Shown here one piece after another: positions 10,633 to 20,248 of a DNA stretch of 64,000 nt; position 1 is the stretch's first letter; each line of letters starts with the position of its first letter. The stretch lies in assembly GCA_047946875.1 (NCBI GenBank), contig CP181398.1:79154-143153 (forward strand), in the 5' to 3' direction. Under the pieces are notes generated by a model that was not told the DNA's origin, did no database searches, and saw nothing but the letters and a program-made list of their open reading frames with translations. Origin of the DNA: Candidatus Kerfeldbacteria bacterium (GTDB lineage: Bacteria > Patescibacteriota > Patescibacteriia > UBA10025 > JAHIVO01). A program made the position numbers and the translations under genes.

Positions 10633-11004
10633 ATGTCAACAACTGATAAAAAATCAACACAGCCTCAAGATAAAAAAATAAAAGCTTCTGAAGATGAAAT
10701 TCAACAGCGTGTGCGTATTCGAATTCGTGCTTACGATCATAAAATAATTGATCAATGTACAAAGAATATTTTAGAAACGGCTATTAGAACTGGTGCTCAA
10801 ACAAAAGGACCTGTACCATTGCCAACAGAAAAGAAGAAACACACAGTTAATAGATCAACGTTTGTACATAAAGATGCTAGAGAACAGTATGAGATGAGAA
10901 TTCACAAACGATTAGTTGATATAATAAATCCGACGCCTAAGACAATAGATGCAATGATGAGTTTGAATTTACCGGCTGGAGTTGATGTAGAAATCAAAAT
11001 GTAA
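10633..11004 (+). CDS. rpsJ: 30S ribosomal protein uS10 (N-terminal extension)
   Basis: [26 protein letters not shown]. Confidence 0.98.
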   Translation: MSTTDKKSTQPQDKKIKASEDEIQQRVRIRIRAYDHKIIDQCTKNILETAIRTGAQTKGPVPLPTEKKKHTVNRSTFVHKDAREQYEMRIHKRLVDIINPTPKTIDAMMSLNLPAGVDVEIKM

Positions 11005-11032
11005 AAATAACAATTTAATATTAAGTAAGTAG

Positions 11033-11156
11033 GTTCTAAGGACAATAATACCAAAATCAGTAATTAATCCTTAGATAACGATTTGCTAGATAAGATAACC
11101 GGTATATAGACCGGTATTCCCAAATCTGGCAGTGAATAAATAACCAGATTTTTTTG
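11033..11156 (+). promoter_or_regulatory. candidate structured attenuator / r-protein leader RNA
   Basis: Three stems and a U-tailed terminator with an overlapping alternative pairing (see findings). Confidence 0.55.
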
Positions 11157-11185
11157 TATAGTAAAGCTATATATAAGCATAAAAT

Positions 11186-11944
11186 ATGAAATTCATTTTA
11201 GCTAAAAAAATTGAAATGACTCAGAGATTCCAAGAAGATGGAAAAGTAAATCCAGTAACTATTGTTGAAGGCGGTCCATGTGTAATTTCTCAAATAAAAA
11301 CTAATGATAAAGAAGGTTATTCTTCTGTTCAATTAGGATTTGGTGAGAAAAAGAAAATTATCAAATCACAAGCTGGTCATTTAAAAAAGTTAGGTAACGC
11401 TAGATATTTAAAAGAATTTAGAATAGACGAAGTAGATTCTTTGAAAAGAGGACAAATAATTACTACAGAAACTTTTGAAGTAGGTGATATAGTAGAAGTA
11501 ATTGGCACTTCGAAAGGTAAGGGTTTTCAAGGTGTTGTAAAGAGACATGGTTTTAAAGGCGGTCGTGGTTCACATGGTGATAAAGATCAATTACGTATGC
11601 CAGGTTCAATTGGTGCTACCGATGCTGCTAGAGTTTTTAAAGGTAAGCGAATGGGTGGACATATGGGCGATGATAGAGTAACTGTTAAAAATCTAGAGAT
11701 TATTGAAATTGATGCAACAAAAAATCATATATATATAAAAGGTGCAGTACCAGGTGCTAGAGGTAGTTTGATTCATATTATAGCGCCAGGTGATCTAAAA
11801 ATTACTGAAGCAAAAGAAGTTAAATCAAAAGATCGTGCTGAAAAGAAAGAAGAAGCAGAAGTTGTTGAGCAACCTAAAAAAGAAGAGAAAATATTAGAAA
11901 AACCAGCTAAGGAAGTAAAAAAAGAAGAGACTCCAAAAAAATAA
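11186..11944 (+). CDS. rplC: 50S ribosomal protein uL3 (charged C-terminal extension)
   Basis: SKGKGFQGVVKRHGF, PGSIG, KGAVPG. Confidence 0.98.
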   Translation: MKFILAKKIEMTQRFQEDGKVNPVTIVEGGPCVISQIKTNDKEGYSSVQLGFGEKKKIIKSQAGHLKKLGNARYLKEFRIDEVDSLKRGQIITTETFEVGDIVEVIGTSKGKGFQGVVKRHGFKGGRGSHGDKDQLRMPGSIGATDAARVFKGKRMGGHMGDDRVTVKNLEIIEIDATKNHIYIKGAVPGARGSLIHIIAPGDLKITEAKEVKSKDRAEKKEEAEVVEQPKKEEKILEKPAKEVKKEETPKK

Positions 11945-11947
11945 GTT

Positions 11948-12580
11948 ATGACTAAATTAAAAGTATACAATCAAACAGGAAAACCAGTTGGCGAAGTTAA
12001 GTTGAACGCAAAAATTTTTGGAGTAGAATTAAATCCTGAATTGGTACAGCAAGCCGTAAGAACACAAAATGCAAATTCAAGAATTGTAATAGCTCATACT
12101 AAGACCAGAGGAGAAGTAAGAGGTGGCGGTAAAAAGCCTTGGAAACAAAAAGGTACTGGTAGAGCTAGACACGGATCTTCAAGATCTCCAATCTGGAAAG
12201 GTGGCGGTGTAACATTCGGACCACGTAAAGATAGAAATTATAGTATTAAAATAAATAAAAAAGCTAAAAGAAAAGCATTATTTATGTCATTGAGTGCTAA
12301 AGCATCTGATACTTTAATAACTGTTGTTGATAAAATTGATATGCCAGCTATTAAAACAAAAGAAATTACTACAATGATAGCAAAGTTAAATTTAAATAAG
12401 TCAGTTTTAGTGGTATTACCAAAAAGTGATGCAAAAATAATCAAATCAATTAAAAACATTCCAAAAGTTACTGCTATCAATGCAAATAGTTTAAATATAA
12501 TGGATGTATTAAAATATAATAATTTATTAGTATTAAAAGATAGTCTTGCTGTTATTGATAAAACTTTTTTAAGCGAATAA
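11948..12580 (+). CDS. rplD: 50S ribosomal protein uL4
   Basis: TKTRGEVRGGGKKPWKQKGTGRAR. Confidence 0.98.
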   Translation: MTKLKVYNQTGKPVGEVKLNAKIFGVELNPELVQQAVRTQNANSRIVIAHTKTRGEVRGGGKKPWKQKGTGRARHGSSRSPIWKGGGVTFGPRKDRNYSIKINKKAKRKALFMSLSAKASDTLITVVDKIDMPAIKTKEITTMIAKLNLNKSVLVVLPKSDAKIIKSIKNIPKVTAINANSLNIMDVLKYNNLLVLKDSLAVIDKTFLSE

Positions 12581-12584
12581 TAAT

Positions 12585-13061
12585 ATGGGAATTTTAGATA
12601 AATTAATTGGAAAAGCCGACAAACCTAAGGCTTCTAGTAAAGAAGAAAAAAAGCCAAAAGTTGAAGAAAAAGAAGTTGAGAGAGAATCAGTAATGACTCC
12701 TGATGGAAAATTAGTCAATGTTCCTAAAAAAGAAACTGGTAAGAAAAAAAAGATTAAAACTAAAAAAGAAGATACTGGTGATGCATATAAAGTTTTAATC
12801 AAACCGATGGTAACTGAGAAAGGTTCTTATTTAGGTGTAAACAATCAATATGTATTTGAGGTTTCAGTAAATACTAATAAGATTGAGGTAAAAAAAGCTA
12901 TTAAACAAGTATATGGCGTAATGCCAATAAATGTAAATACAATTAATGTTTCAGGAAAAAAAATACGATACGGTAAAACTGAAGGGAAGACAAAAAATTG
13001 GAAAAAAGCAATTATCACATTAGCAAAAGGGGATAAGATAGAAATACAAGAAGGTCTTTAG
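12585..13061 (+). CDS. rplW: 50S ribosomal protein uL23 with ~65-aa N-terminal extension
   Basis: C-terminal core LIKPMVTEK...NKIEVKKAI...WKKAIITL, position between rplD and rplB. Confidence 0.95.
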   Translation: MGILDKLIGKADKPKASSKEEKKPKVEEKEVERESVMTPDGKLVNVPKKETGKKKKIKTKKEDTGDAYKVLIKPMVTEKGSYLGVNNQYVFEVSVNTNKIEVKKAIKQVYGVMPINVNTINVSGKKIRYGKTEGKTKNWKKAIITLAKGDKIEIQEGL

Positions 13062-13080
13062 ATAAATAGAACTATAATAT

Positions 13081-13929
13081 ATGGCAATTAGAAAATTAAA
13101 ACCAACTACTCCAGGAAGAAGAAAAGCATCAGTCGTAGATTATTCTATTTTGACGAAGAAAAGACCTGAAAAGAAATTAATTGAAGCAAAAAAAAGAAAA
13201 GCCGGAAGAAATAATAGAGGTAAAATTACTGTCAGACATAGGGGTGGTGGACATAAAAAGTTTTACAGAATATTAGATAGTAAAAGAATAGACTTTGATA
13301 AAATAGCTAAGGTAATTGCATTAGAGTATGATCCAAATAGAACTGCCTGGATTGCTTTAATACAGTATGAGGATGGTAAGAAAAGCTACATGATTGCTCC
13401 AAATGATTTAAGAGTTGGCGATAAAATTGTTTCTTCAAAAAAAGAAGCAGAAATTAAATCAGGAAATAGATTACCATTAGAAAAAATTCCAGTTGGAATT
13501 ATGGTTCATGATATTGAAATTCGTCCAGATACAAAAGCTACTATGGTTAGATCAGCTGGAACAGGAGCAATAATTCAATCAGTAGAAGGAGAACAGGCTC
13601 AAATCAAATTACCTTCAGGTGAAATAAGAATATTTAGCAAAAATTGTTTAGCAACGATAGGGCAAGTTTCAAACATTGACCATAAAAATGCTAGATTGGG
13701 TAAAGCTGGAAAAACGAGATGGAAAGGTATACGTCCTACTGTAACTGGTAAATCCATGAATCCCGTAGATCATCCTCATGGTGGTGGTGAAGGACATACT
13801 CCTATTGGCTTGAAACATCCTAAAACTCCTTGGGGCAAACCTGCAATCGGTGTTAAGACTAGAAAAAAAGGAAAACAATCAGATAAATTTATTATAAAAA
13901 GAAGAAAAGTAAAAAGTAAGAAGAATTAA
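13081..13929 (+). CDS. rplB: 50S ribosomal protein uL2
   Basis: [35 protein letters not shown]. Confidence 0.99.
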   Translation: MAIRKLKPTTPGRRKASVVDYSILTKKRPEKKLIEAKKRKAGRNNRGKITVRHRGGGHKKFYRILDSKRIDFDKIAKVIALEYDPNRTAWIALIQYEDGKKSYMIAPNDLRVGDKIVSSKKEAEIKSGNRLPLEKIPVGIMVHDIEIRPDTKATMVRSAGTGAIIQSVEGEQAQIKLPSGEIRIFSKNCLATIGQVSNIDHKNARLGKAGKTRWKGIRPTVTGKSMNPVDHPHGGGEGHTPIGLKHPKTPWGKPAIGVKTRKKGKQSDKFIIKRRKVKSKKN

Positions 13930-13938
13930 TATAATTTT

Positions 13939-14262
13939 ATGTCACGAAGTTTAAAAAAAGGACCATTTACTGATCCAAAATTATTAAAAAAGATTTCAAA
14001 TTTAAAGCAAGGTGATAAAACCGTTATTAAAACATGGTCACGTTCATCTGCAATTAGTCCAGAAATGATTGGTTTTACATTCGGAGTGCATAATGGTAAA
14101 GATCATATTAATGTTACAATTGTAGAAAATATGGTAGGACATAAATTAGGAGAATTCGCATTAACTAAAAAATTTGTTAAACATGGTGGGCGTATGCAAA
14201 AAGATGCTGAAATGGCTGCTGCAGAAGCTCAAAAGAAAGAATCAGTCGCTGCCAAGGAGTAA
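13939..14262 (+). CDS. rpsS: 30S ribosomal protein uS19
   Basis: [19 protein letters not shown]. Confidence 0.99.
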   Translation: MSRSLKKGPFTDPKLLKKISNLKQGDKTVIKTWSRSSAISPEMIGFTFGVHNGKDHINVTIVENMVGHKLGEFALTKKFVKHGGRMQKDAEMAAAEAQKKESVAAKE

Positions 14263-14274
14263 TAATATAAATAT

Positions 14275-14850
14275 ATGGAAGTAGTAGCAAAATTAAGATA
14301 TTTAAGAACATCCCCTAAAAAAGTAAGGTTAGTTATAGATTTGATTAGAGGTTTAGAGGTAACTGCCGCTGAACATCAATTAACTTTTTTAAACAAGGGA
14401 TCATCTCTAACTGTGTTGAAATTGTTAAAATCAGCAATTGCTAATGCAACTAATAATTTTAAATTATCAGAAGATAATTTATATATTAAGAAGATTACAG
14501 TTGATCAAGGACCGACTCTAAAAAGATGGAGCGCTAGAGCATTTGGACGTGCTTCAGAAATCAGAAAAAAATCTTCACATATTACAATAGTATTAGATGA
14601 AATTAAACCATCTACGAAAAAGACAGATAAAGATGGTAAAGTAACAAAAAAAGCTACAAAGAAAACTATTACTAAAACTAAAGATAAAAAAACAAAACAA
14701 CCAGTAGTGGGGTATGATGATATTAAGCAAGAATCAAAATTTGATAAAGAAGAAAAAGATATTGATACAAAAGGTGAAAATCAAAGCAAACCAATTTCAA
14801 CAAATAATAAAGCACAAGATAAATTTAGTAGAAAATTAGGTGAAAGATAA
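14275..14850 (+). CDS. rplV: 50S ribosomal protein uL22 with ~80-aa C-terminal extension
   Basis: SPKKVRLV, KSAIANA, RAFGRA...SHITIVL. Confidence 0.97.
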   Translation: MEVVAKLRYLRTSPKKVRLVIDLIRGLEVTAAEHQLTFLNKGSSLTVLKLLKSAIANATNNFKLSEDNLYIKKITVDQGPTLKRWSARAFGRASEIRKKSSHITIVLDEIKPSTKKTDKDGKVTKKATKKTITKTKDKKTKQPVVGYDDIKQESKFDKEEKDIDTKGENQSKPISTNNKAQDKFSRKLGER

Positions 14851-14852
14851 AT

Positions 14853-15515
14853 ATGGGACATAAAGTACATCCAAAAGCATTTAGACTAGGTATTTCAGGT
14901 GATTGGAAATCAAAGTGGTTTTCAGATAAAAATTACGCTGAATTTTTAGAGCAGGATATTAAAATACGAAAATATTTAGCAAAAAAAATGAAGGACGCTG
15001 GAATTTCTCATATTGATGTTGAAAGAGCTAATGATGAGTTAACAGTTAATCTGTATACTTCTAAACCAGGTTTAGTAATCGGGCGAGGTGGAGCTGGTAG
15101 TGAAGAATTAAAAAAAGATGTTAAAAAGAAATTTCTAGATAAAAAAACTAAATTTAATTTAAATATTCACGAAGTTAAAAATCCTTTACAAAATGCTCAA
15201 CTAGTATGTCAAAATATTATTGAACAGCTTGAAAAGAGAATGCCTTTCAGACGAGCTGCAAAGAGATCTATTGAACAGGTTATGCAAACTGGCGTAAAAG
15301 GAGTCAAGATAACTGTTGGTGGACGTTTAAATGGTGCTGAGATTGCTAGAAAAGAAAAGTTTAGTGAAGGTTCTATCCCACTTCATACCTTAAGAGCGGA
15401 TATTGATTATGGTCGTGGTGTAGCTGGAACTACTTATGGTGCTATTGGAGTCAAAGTGTGGATTTATAAAGGTGAAATATTTAAAAAAGAAGCTCAAGAT
15501 AAAAACAGTAAATAA
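14853..15515 (+). CDS. rpsC: 30S ribosomal protein uS3
   Basis: [28 protein letters not shown]. Confidence 0.99.
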   Translation: MGHKVHPKAFRLGISGDWKSKWFSDKNYAEFLEQDIKIRKYLAKKMKDAGISHIDVERANDELTVNLYTSKPGLVIGRGGAGSEELKKDVKKKFLDKKTKFNLNIHEVKNPLQNAQLVCQNIIEQLEKRMPFRRAAKRSIEQVMQTGVKGVKITVGGRLNGAEIARKEKFSEGSIPLHTLRADIDYGRGVAGTTYGAIGVKVWIYKGEIFKKEAQDKNSK

Positions 15516-15517
15516 TT

Positions 15518-15928
15518 ATGTTAATTCCTAAAAAAGTAAAACATCGAAAATGGCATAAAGGACGCATGAGAGGACATGCTACTTCAATGAACAAACTTGA
15601 TTTTGGGAGTTATGGTTTGAAAGCAATGGGTAGATCATGGATTTCTTCTAGACAGATAGAATCAGCTCGTAGAGCAATGACAAGATTTATTAACAAAGGT
15701 GGCAAGATATGGATAAGAATTTTTCCTGACAAGCCAGTCACAACACATGGCTCTGAAGTACCTATGGGTGGTGGTAAAGGTAATGTAGATCATTATGTAG
15801 CAGTAGTGAAACCGGGGACAGTCATGTTTGAAATGGATGGAGTAGAAGAAAAAATGGCAAAAGAAGCTATGAGATTAGCAGCACATAAACTTTCTGTTAA
15901 AACAAAATTTATAACAAAGGATCAATAA
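15518..15928 (+). CDS. rplP: 50S ribosomal protein uL16
   Basis: [16 protein letters not shown]. Confidence 0.99.
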   Translation: MLIPKKVKHRKWHKGRMRGHATSMNKLDFGSYGLKAMGRSWISSRQIESARRAMTRFINKGGKIWIRIFPDKPVTTHGSEVPMGGGKGNVDHYVAVVKPGTVMFEMDGVEEKMAKEAMRLAAHKLSVKTKFITKDQ

Positions 15929-15929
15929 A

Positions 15930-16151
15930 ATGGACGTTAAAGAATTAAGAAAAAAATCAGATATAGATTTAATAAAGTTGCTCAAATTAAATAGAGAGCA
16001 CTCAAGGGATTTACGTTTCAGAATTTCAGCTAAACAACATAAAGATGTTAGAGATTTGCGTCAGGTAAAGAAAGTAATTGCTAGAATTAGAACTGTTCAA
16101 AAAGAAAAAATAATTATAAATAAAATTAAGAAGACTAACGTAATTAAATAG
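15930..16151 (+). CDS. rpmC: 50S ribosomal protein uL29
   Basis: KELRKKS...LRF...KKVIARIRT, plus synteny. Confidence 0.92.
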   Translation: MDVKELRKKSDIDLIKLLKLNREHSRDLRFRISAKQHKDVRDLRQVKKVIARIRTVQKEKIIINKIKKTNVIK

Positions 16152-16160
16152 TAATTTTAT

Positions 16161-16412
16161 ATGGAAACAACAATAAAAGTTAGAAAACTAAAAGGTGTGG
16201 TTGTAAGTGATAAGATGGATAAAACTGTTGTTGTTTTGGTCACAAGAATTAAAAAACATCCTAAATATTCCAAACAGTATAAGTCAAGTAAGAAATATCA
16301 AGTTCATGATCAAAATAATGAATTTAAAATAGGAGATAAAGTAGAATTTATAGCAGTAAGACCAATAAGCAAAGTGAAAAGATGGAAAGTTGTTACTAAA
16401 CAAACAAATTAA
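16161..16412 (+). CDS. rpsQ: 30S ribosomal protein uS17
   Basis: [23 protein letters not shown]. Confidence 0.98.
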   Translation: METTIKVRKLKGVVVSDKMDKTVVVLVTRIKKHPKYSKQYKSSKKYQVHDQNNEFKIGDKVEFIAVRPISKVKRWKVVTKQTN

Positions 16413-16423
16413 GTTGTGAATAT

Positions 16424-16795
16424 ATGATTCAAGTACAGACAAGATTAAAAGTAGCTGATAACACTGGGGCCAAAAAAGTTACGGTCATCAAGGTGTTGGG
16501 TGGTTATAAAAAACGTTATGCTAGAATAGGTGATATTGTAACAATCACTGTAAAAGAAGCTGTGCCGCATGCTATGGTTAAGAAGAGTGAAGTATTACGT
16601 ATGGTAATTGTAAGACAAAGAAAAGAAATAAGAAGACCTGATGGATCTTATATAAGGTTTGATGATAATGCTGGAGTTATAATTGATAAGGAAACAAAAG
16701 AACCACGTGGTACTAGAATATTTGGACCAGTAGCTAGAGAACTAAGAAACAAAGGTTATATGAAAATTATTTCATTAGCTCCAGAAGTATTATAA
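16424..16795 (+). CDS. rplN: 50S ribosomal protein uL14
   Basis: [27 protein letters not shown]. Confidence 0.99.
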   Translation: MIQVQTRLKVADNTGAKKVTVIKVLGGYKKRYARIGDIVTITVKEAVPHAMVKKSEVLRMVIVRQRKEIRRPDGSYIRFDDNAGVIIDKETKEPRGTRIFGPVARELRNKGYMKIISLAPEVL

Positions 16796-16799
16796 TATT

Positions 16800-17108
16800 A
16801 TGAAAATTAAAAAAAACGACATTGTAACAGTTATTGCCGGTAAGGATAAAGGCAAAAAAGGGAAAGTACTTCAGGTATTTACTGAAAAAGAATTATTGGT
16901 GGTAGAGGGAATGAATATGATGGCCAAGAATGTGCGACCAAAAAAACAAGGTGCAAAAGGTCAGGTTGTCAGATATAACGCTCCAATGAATGTTTCTAAA
17001 GTTATGTTATTTTGTTCAAAATGTAATAAGCCAGTAAGAACTGAATCGTTAATTTCAAAAGACGGAAAGAAATCTAGAATTTGTAAAAAGTGTAAACAAG
17101 TTATCTAA
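16800..17108 (+). CDS. rplX: 50S ribosomal protein uL24
   Basis: VIAGKDKGKKGKV KOW motif. Confidence 0.98.
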   Translation: MKIKKNDIVTVIAGKDKGKKGKVLQVFTEKELLVVEGMNMMAKNVRPKKQGAKGQVVRYNAPMNVSKVMLFCSKCNKPVRTESLISKDGKKSRICKKCKQVI

Positions 17109-17117
17109 AATAAATAT

Positions 17118-17657
17118 ATGTCAAGACTTAAAGAACTATATAAAAAACAAGTAATTCCAGCCATGAAGAAAAAATTTGGCTATACCAATGATTTGGCTGT
17201 GCCAAAATTATTAAAAGTAACTATTAACAGTGGTACTAGTAAAGCTTTGAAAGATGATAAATTTTTAGATACGGTTGTTGATACATTAACTAGAATAAGT
17301 GGACAAAAAGTTGTATTAACAAAAGCAAAAAAATCAGTAGCAGCATTCAAAATTAGAGAAGGTATGACAGTTGGTGTAAAAGTAGATTTACGTGGAGCGC
17401 GTATGTATGATTTTGTAGATAAATTTGTAAATGTTAGCATGGCTCGTATAAGAGATTTTAGGGGGATAGATAAAAAAAGTGTAGGTAGTGATGGTAATTT
17501 ATCAATTGGTTTCAAAGAACATATAGTATTCCCAGAAATTAAATCTGATGAAATTGAAAAAATTCATGGACTAGAAGTAGTAATATCAAATTCAGCAAAA
17601 ACAAGAGAAGAAGGTTTAGAATTATTAACTTTATTAGGATTTCCTTTCATTAAATAA
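17118..17657 (+). CDS. rplE: 50S ribosomal protein uL5
   Basis: AKKSVAAFKIREG, RIRDFRG, EHIVFPEI. Confidence 0.99.
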   Translation: MSRLKELYKKQVIPAMKKKFGYTNDLAVPKLLKVTINSGTSKALKDDKFLDTVVDTLTRISGQKVVLTKAKKSVAAFKIREGMTVGVKVDLRGARMYDFVDKFVNVSMARIRDFRGIDKKSVGSDGNLSIGFKEHIVFPEIKSDEIEKIHGLEVVISNSAKTREEGLELLTLLGFPFIK

Positions 17658-17662
17658 CCAAT

Positions 17663-17848
17663 ATGGCAAAAGTATCACAAATTGCAAAATCAAATAAAAA
17701 ACCTAAATTTTCTTCAAGAATTGTAAGAAGATGCTGGCGTTGTGGAAGAAGACGTGGTTATATGCGTGAATTTAACCTATGCAGAATCTGTTTTAGAGAA
17801 TTAGCAAATAATGGAGAAATACCAGGTATAAAAAAATCTAGCTGGTAA
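17663..17848 (+). CDS. rpsN: 30S ribosomal protein uS14 type Z
   Basis: RCWRCGR...LCRICFRELA, 61 aa. Confidence 0.98.
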   Translation: MAKVSQIAKSNKKPKFSSRIVRRCWRCGRRRGYMREFNLCRICFRELANNGEIPGIKKSSW

Positions 17849-17880
17849 TAATTAATTAATATTTATTAAAGTTTTAAGGT

Positions 17881-18273
17881 ATGACCGATCCAATCGCGGA
17901 CATGTTAACAAGAATAAGAAATGCTTCTATAATTCATAAAGATGAAGTCTTGATTCCTTTCTCGAAAATTAAGTATGAAGTTGCAAAAATTTTAGAAAAA
18001 GAAGGATTTGTAAAAGAAATCAAAGAAATTGATAAAGAAAAAATTACAAGCAATATCCATATAGTTTTGAAATACAAAGGAAAGACAGCAGTTATTCGAG
18101 GAATCAAAAAAATTAGCAAACCTGGTTTAAGAATCTATAAAGGACATAAAGAAATTCCTAGATTGTTACCATCCTTGGGATTGCTAATAGTTTCTACTTC
18201 AAGTGGATTGATGACAAACATTGATGCAAAAAAGAAAAAGATGGGCGGAGAAATACTTTGTGAAATATTTTAA
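17881..18273 (+). CDS. rpsH: 30S ribosomal protein uS8
   Basis: MTDPIADMLTRIRNA, SKPGLRIY. Confidence 0.99.
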   Translation: MTDPIADMLTRIRNASIIHKDEVLIPFSKIKYEVAKILEKEGFVKEIKEIDKEKITSNIHIVLKYKGKTAVIRGIKKISKPGLRIYKGHKEIPRLLPSLGLLIVSTSSGLMTNIDAKKKKMGGEILCEIF

Positions 18274-18289
18274 TTTAAATTAGAGATAT

Positions 18290-18838
18290 ATGTCAAGAAT
18301 CGGAAAAAAACCAATAACTATAGCAAAAGACGTTGAAGTAAAAATTGATGGTCAACATGTTTTTGTAAAAGGTCCAAAAGGAACTTTGGAGAATGATTTT
18401 CATAGAAGAGTAATAATTGAAATGAAAGAAAATGAGATTTTAGTAACTGTTAAGTTGCCTGAAGAAAAAAAATCTAGAGAATTATGGGGTTTAACAAGGA
18501 TGCTAATTTCTAATATGGTAGAAGGTGTAACTAAGGGTTTTGAAAAACAATTAGAAATAAATGGGGTTGGATATAAAGCTGAAAGTTCAGGTAAAAAGAT
18601 TACTATTCATGCAGGATATTCTCATCCAGTAGATTTAGAAGCACCAGAGGGGATAGAAGTAAAAGTTGAAAAAAATATAATTACAGTTTCTGGTATTAAC
18701 AAACAGGCCGTTGGTCAATTTTCTGCACAAATAAGAGAGGTTAGAAAACCAGAGCCATACAAAGGTAAGGGTATTAAATATGTTACTGAGATAATTCGAA
18801 GAAAAGCTGGTAAAGTAGTTAAAGCAGCCGGTGCTTAA
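18290..18838 (+). CDS. rplF: 50S ribosomal protein uL6
   Basis: MSRIGKKP, PEPYKGKGIKY. Confidence 0.99.
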   Translation: MSRIGKKPITIAKDVEVKIDGQHVFVKGPKGTLENDFHRRVIIEMKENEILVTVKLPEEKKSRELWGLTRMLISNMVEGVTKGFEKQLEINGVGYKAESSGKKITIHAGYSHPVDLEAPEGIEVKVEKNIITVSGINKQAVGQFSAQIREVRKPEPYKGKGIKYVTEIIRRKAGKVVKAAGA

Positions 18839-18853
18839 TAATAAAATATATAT

Positions 18854-19213
18854 ATGAAAGATGTAAATAAAGATAAAGATGTAAGAAAAAGTCGTCGTAA
18901 AAGAAAAGTACGAGCTAAAGTATTTGGTACCAAAAAACGACCTAGAGCTTCAGTAAAAAGAAGTTTAAAACATATTTCTGTACAAATTATTGATGATGAT
19001 AAAGGACATACATTAATATCAACTACTGATATCGAATTAAAAAATAAAAAACTTAGTGGCATAAAAATTGCCAAAGAAGTAGGTATGACAGCTGCTAAGA
19101 AAGCTAAAGAAGCTAAAATTACAGAAATTGTATTTGATAGAAAAGGTAATAAATACCACGGAAGAGTCAAAGCTTTAGCAGAAGGCCTTAGAGAGGGCGG
19201 CTTAAAATTTTAA
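18854..19213 (+). CDS. rplR: 50S ribosomal protein uL18
   Basis: [22 protein letters not shown]. Confidence 0.98.
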   Translation: MKDVNKDKDVRKSRRKRKVRAKVFGTKKRPRASVKRSLKHISVQIIDDDKGHTLISTTDIELKNKKLSGIKIAKEVGMTAAKKAKEAKITEIVFDRKGNKYHGRVKALAEGLREGGLKF

Positions 19214-19231
19214 GAAACGATAATAAATATT

Positions 19232-19726
19232 ATGAGAGATTTTAAAGGAAAAAGACGTTCGAATAAAGAGAAAGACGAATTTGATCAAAAATTGATTGAT
19301 ATAGCTCGTGTTACTAGAGTTATGGCTGGTGGAAAAAGAATGAGCTTCAGAGCTTGTGTAGTTATTGGAGATAAAAAGGGAAGAGTTGCAATGGGTTTAA
19401 GAAAGGGAGTTGATGTTTCTATTGCAATTAATAAAGCAGTAAATGCCGCAAAGAAAAAAATTATTAAAGTAAATATTATTAATGATACGATACCAGGTGA
19501 AATAAGAGAGAAATTTGGAGCCGCTGTAGTTATGTTGAAACCAGCTCCAAAAGGTACTGGGGTAATCGCTGGTGGAGCAGTTAGATCTGTTTTAGAACTT
19601 GCAGGTGTAAAAAATGTAGTATCAAAAATGTTAGGATCTCATAATAAAATTAATAATGTTCATGCTACTATTAATGCACTAGAAAAAGCAAAAGATATTA
19701 AACAGTTGAGAGAATTACGAAAATAA
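19232..19726 (+). CDS. rpsE: 30S ribosomal protein uS5
   Basis: RVTRVMAGGKRMSF, PAPKGTGVIAGG. Confidence 0.98.
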   Translation: MRDFKGKRRSNKEKDEFDQKLIDIARVTRVMAGGKRMSFRACVVIGDKKGRVAMGLRKGVDVSIAINKAVNAAKKKIIKVNIINDTIPGEIREKFGAAVVMLKPAPKGTGVIAGGAVRSVLELAGVKNVVSKMLGSHNKINNVHATINALEKAKDIKQLRELRK

Positions 19727-19727
19727 T

Positions 19728-20243
19728 ATGACATTATCATTATCAAATTTAAAGACCAGTAAAAAACGAAAATCTAAACGGGTTGGACGTGGTAATGCTT
19801 CTGGTCGTGGTACTTATTCTAGTCGTGGTATGAAGGGTCAACGATCAAGATCTGGTGGTAAGAATAAATTAAAAAGAAAAGGTTTGAAACAGTTTTTATC
19901 TCAGATTCCTAAATCACGAGGTTTTAGAAGTATCCATCCTTCATATGAAATTGTAAATATTAAACAATTAGAAAATAAGTTTAAAGATGGTGATATTATT
20001 AATATAAATGTCTTAACAAAAATCGGTTTAGTAAGTACAAAAAAAACTGGAGTTAAAATTTTAGGTCATGGCGAATTTAAGACAAAATTAAATGTATTTG
20101 CTAATAGTTTCTCAAAAAGCGCAGAAAATGCTATAAAGAAGGCTGGCGGTACTATAAATATTATTATTACACAGAAGCAGAAGGAAAAAGCTGCTGGTAA
20201 AATAGCAAAAGAAGAAAGAGCTAAAAAAAAGGGAAATAAATAA
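19728..20243 (+). CDS. rplO: 50S ribosomal protein uL15
   Basis: RVGRGNASGRG, KGQRSRSG, VKILG. Confidence 0.97.
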   Translation: MTLSLSNLKTSKKRKSKRVGRGNASGRGTYSSRGMKGQRSRSGGKNKLKRKGLKQFLSQIPKSRGFRSIHPSYEIVNIKQLENKFKDGDIININVLTKIGLVSTKKTGVKILGHGEFKTKLNVFANSFSKSAENAIKKAGGTINIIITQKQKEKAAGKIAKEERAKKKGNK

Positions 20244-20248
20244 ATCCT

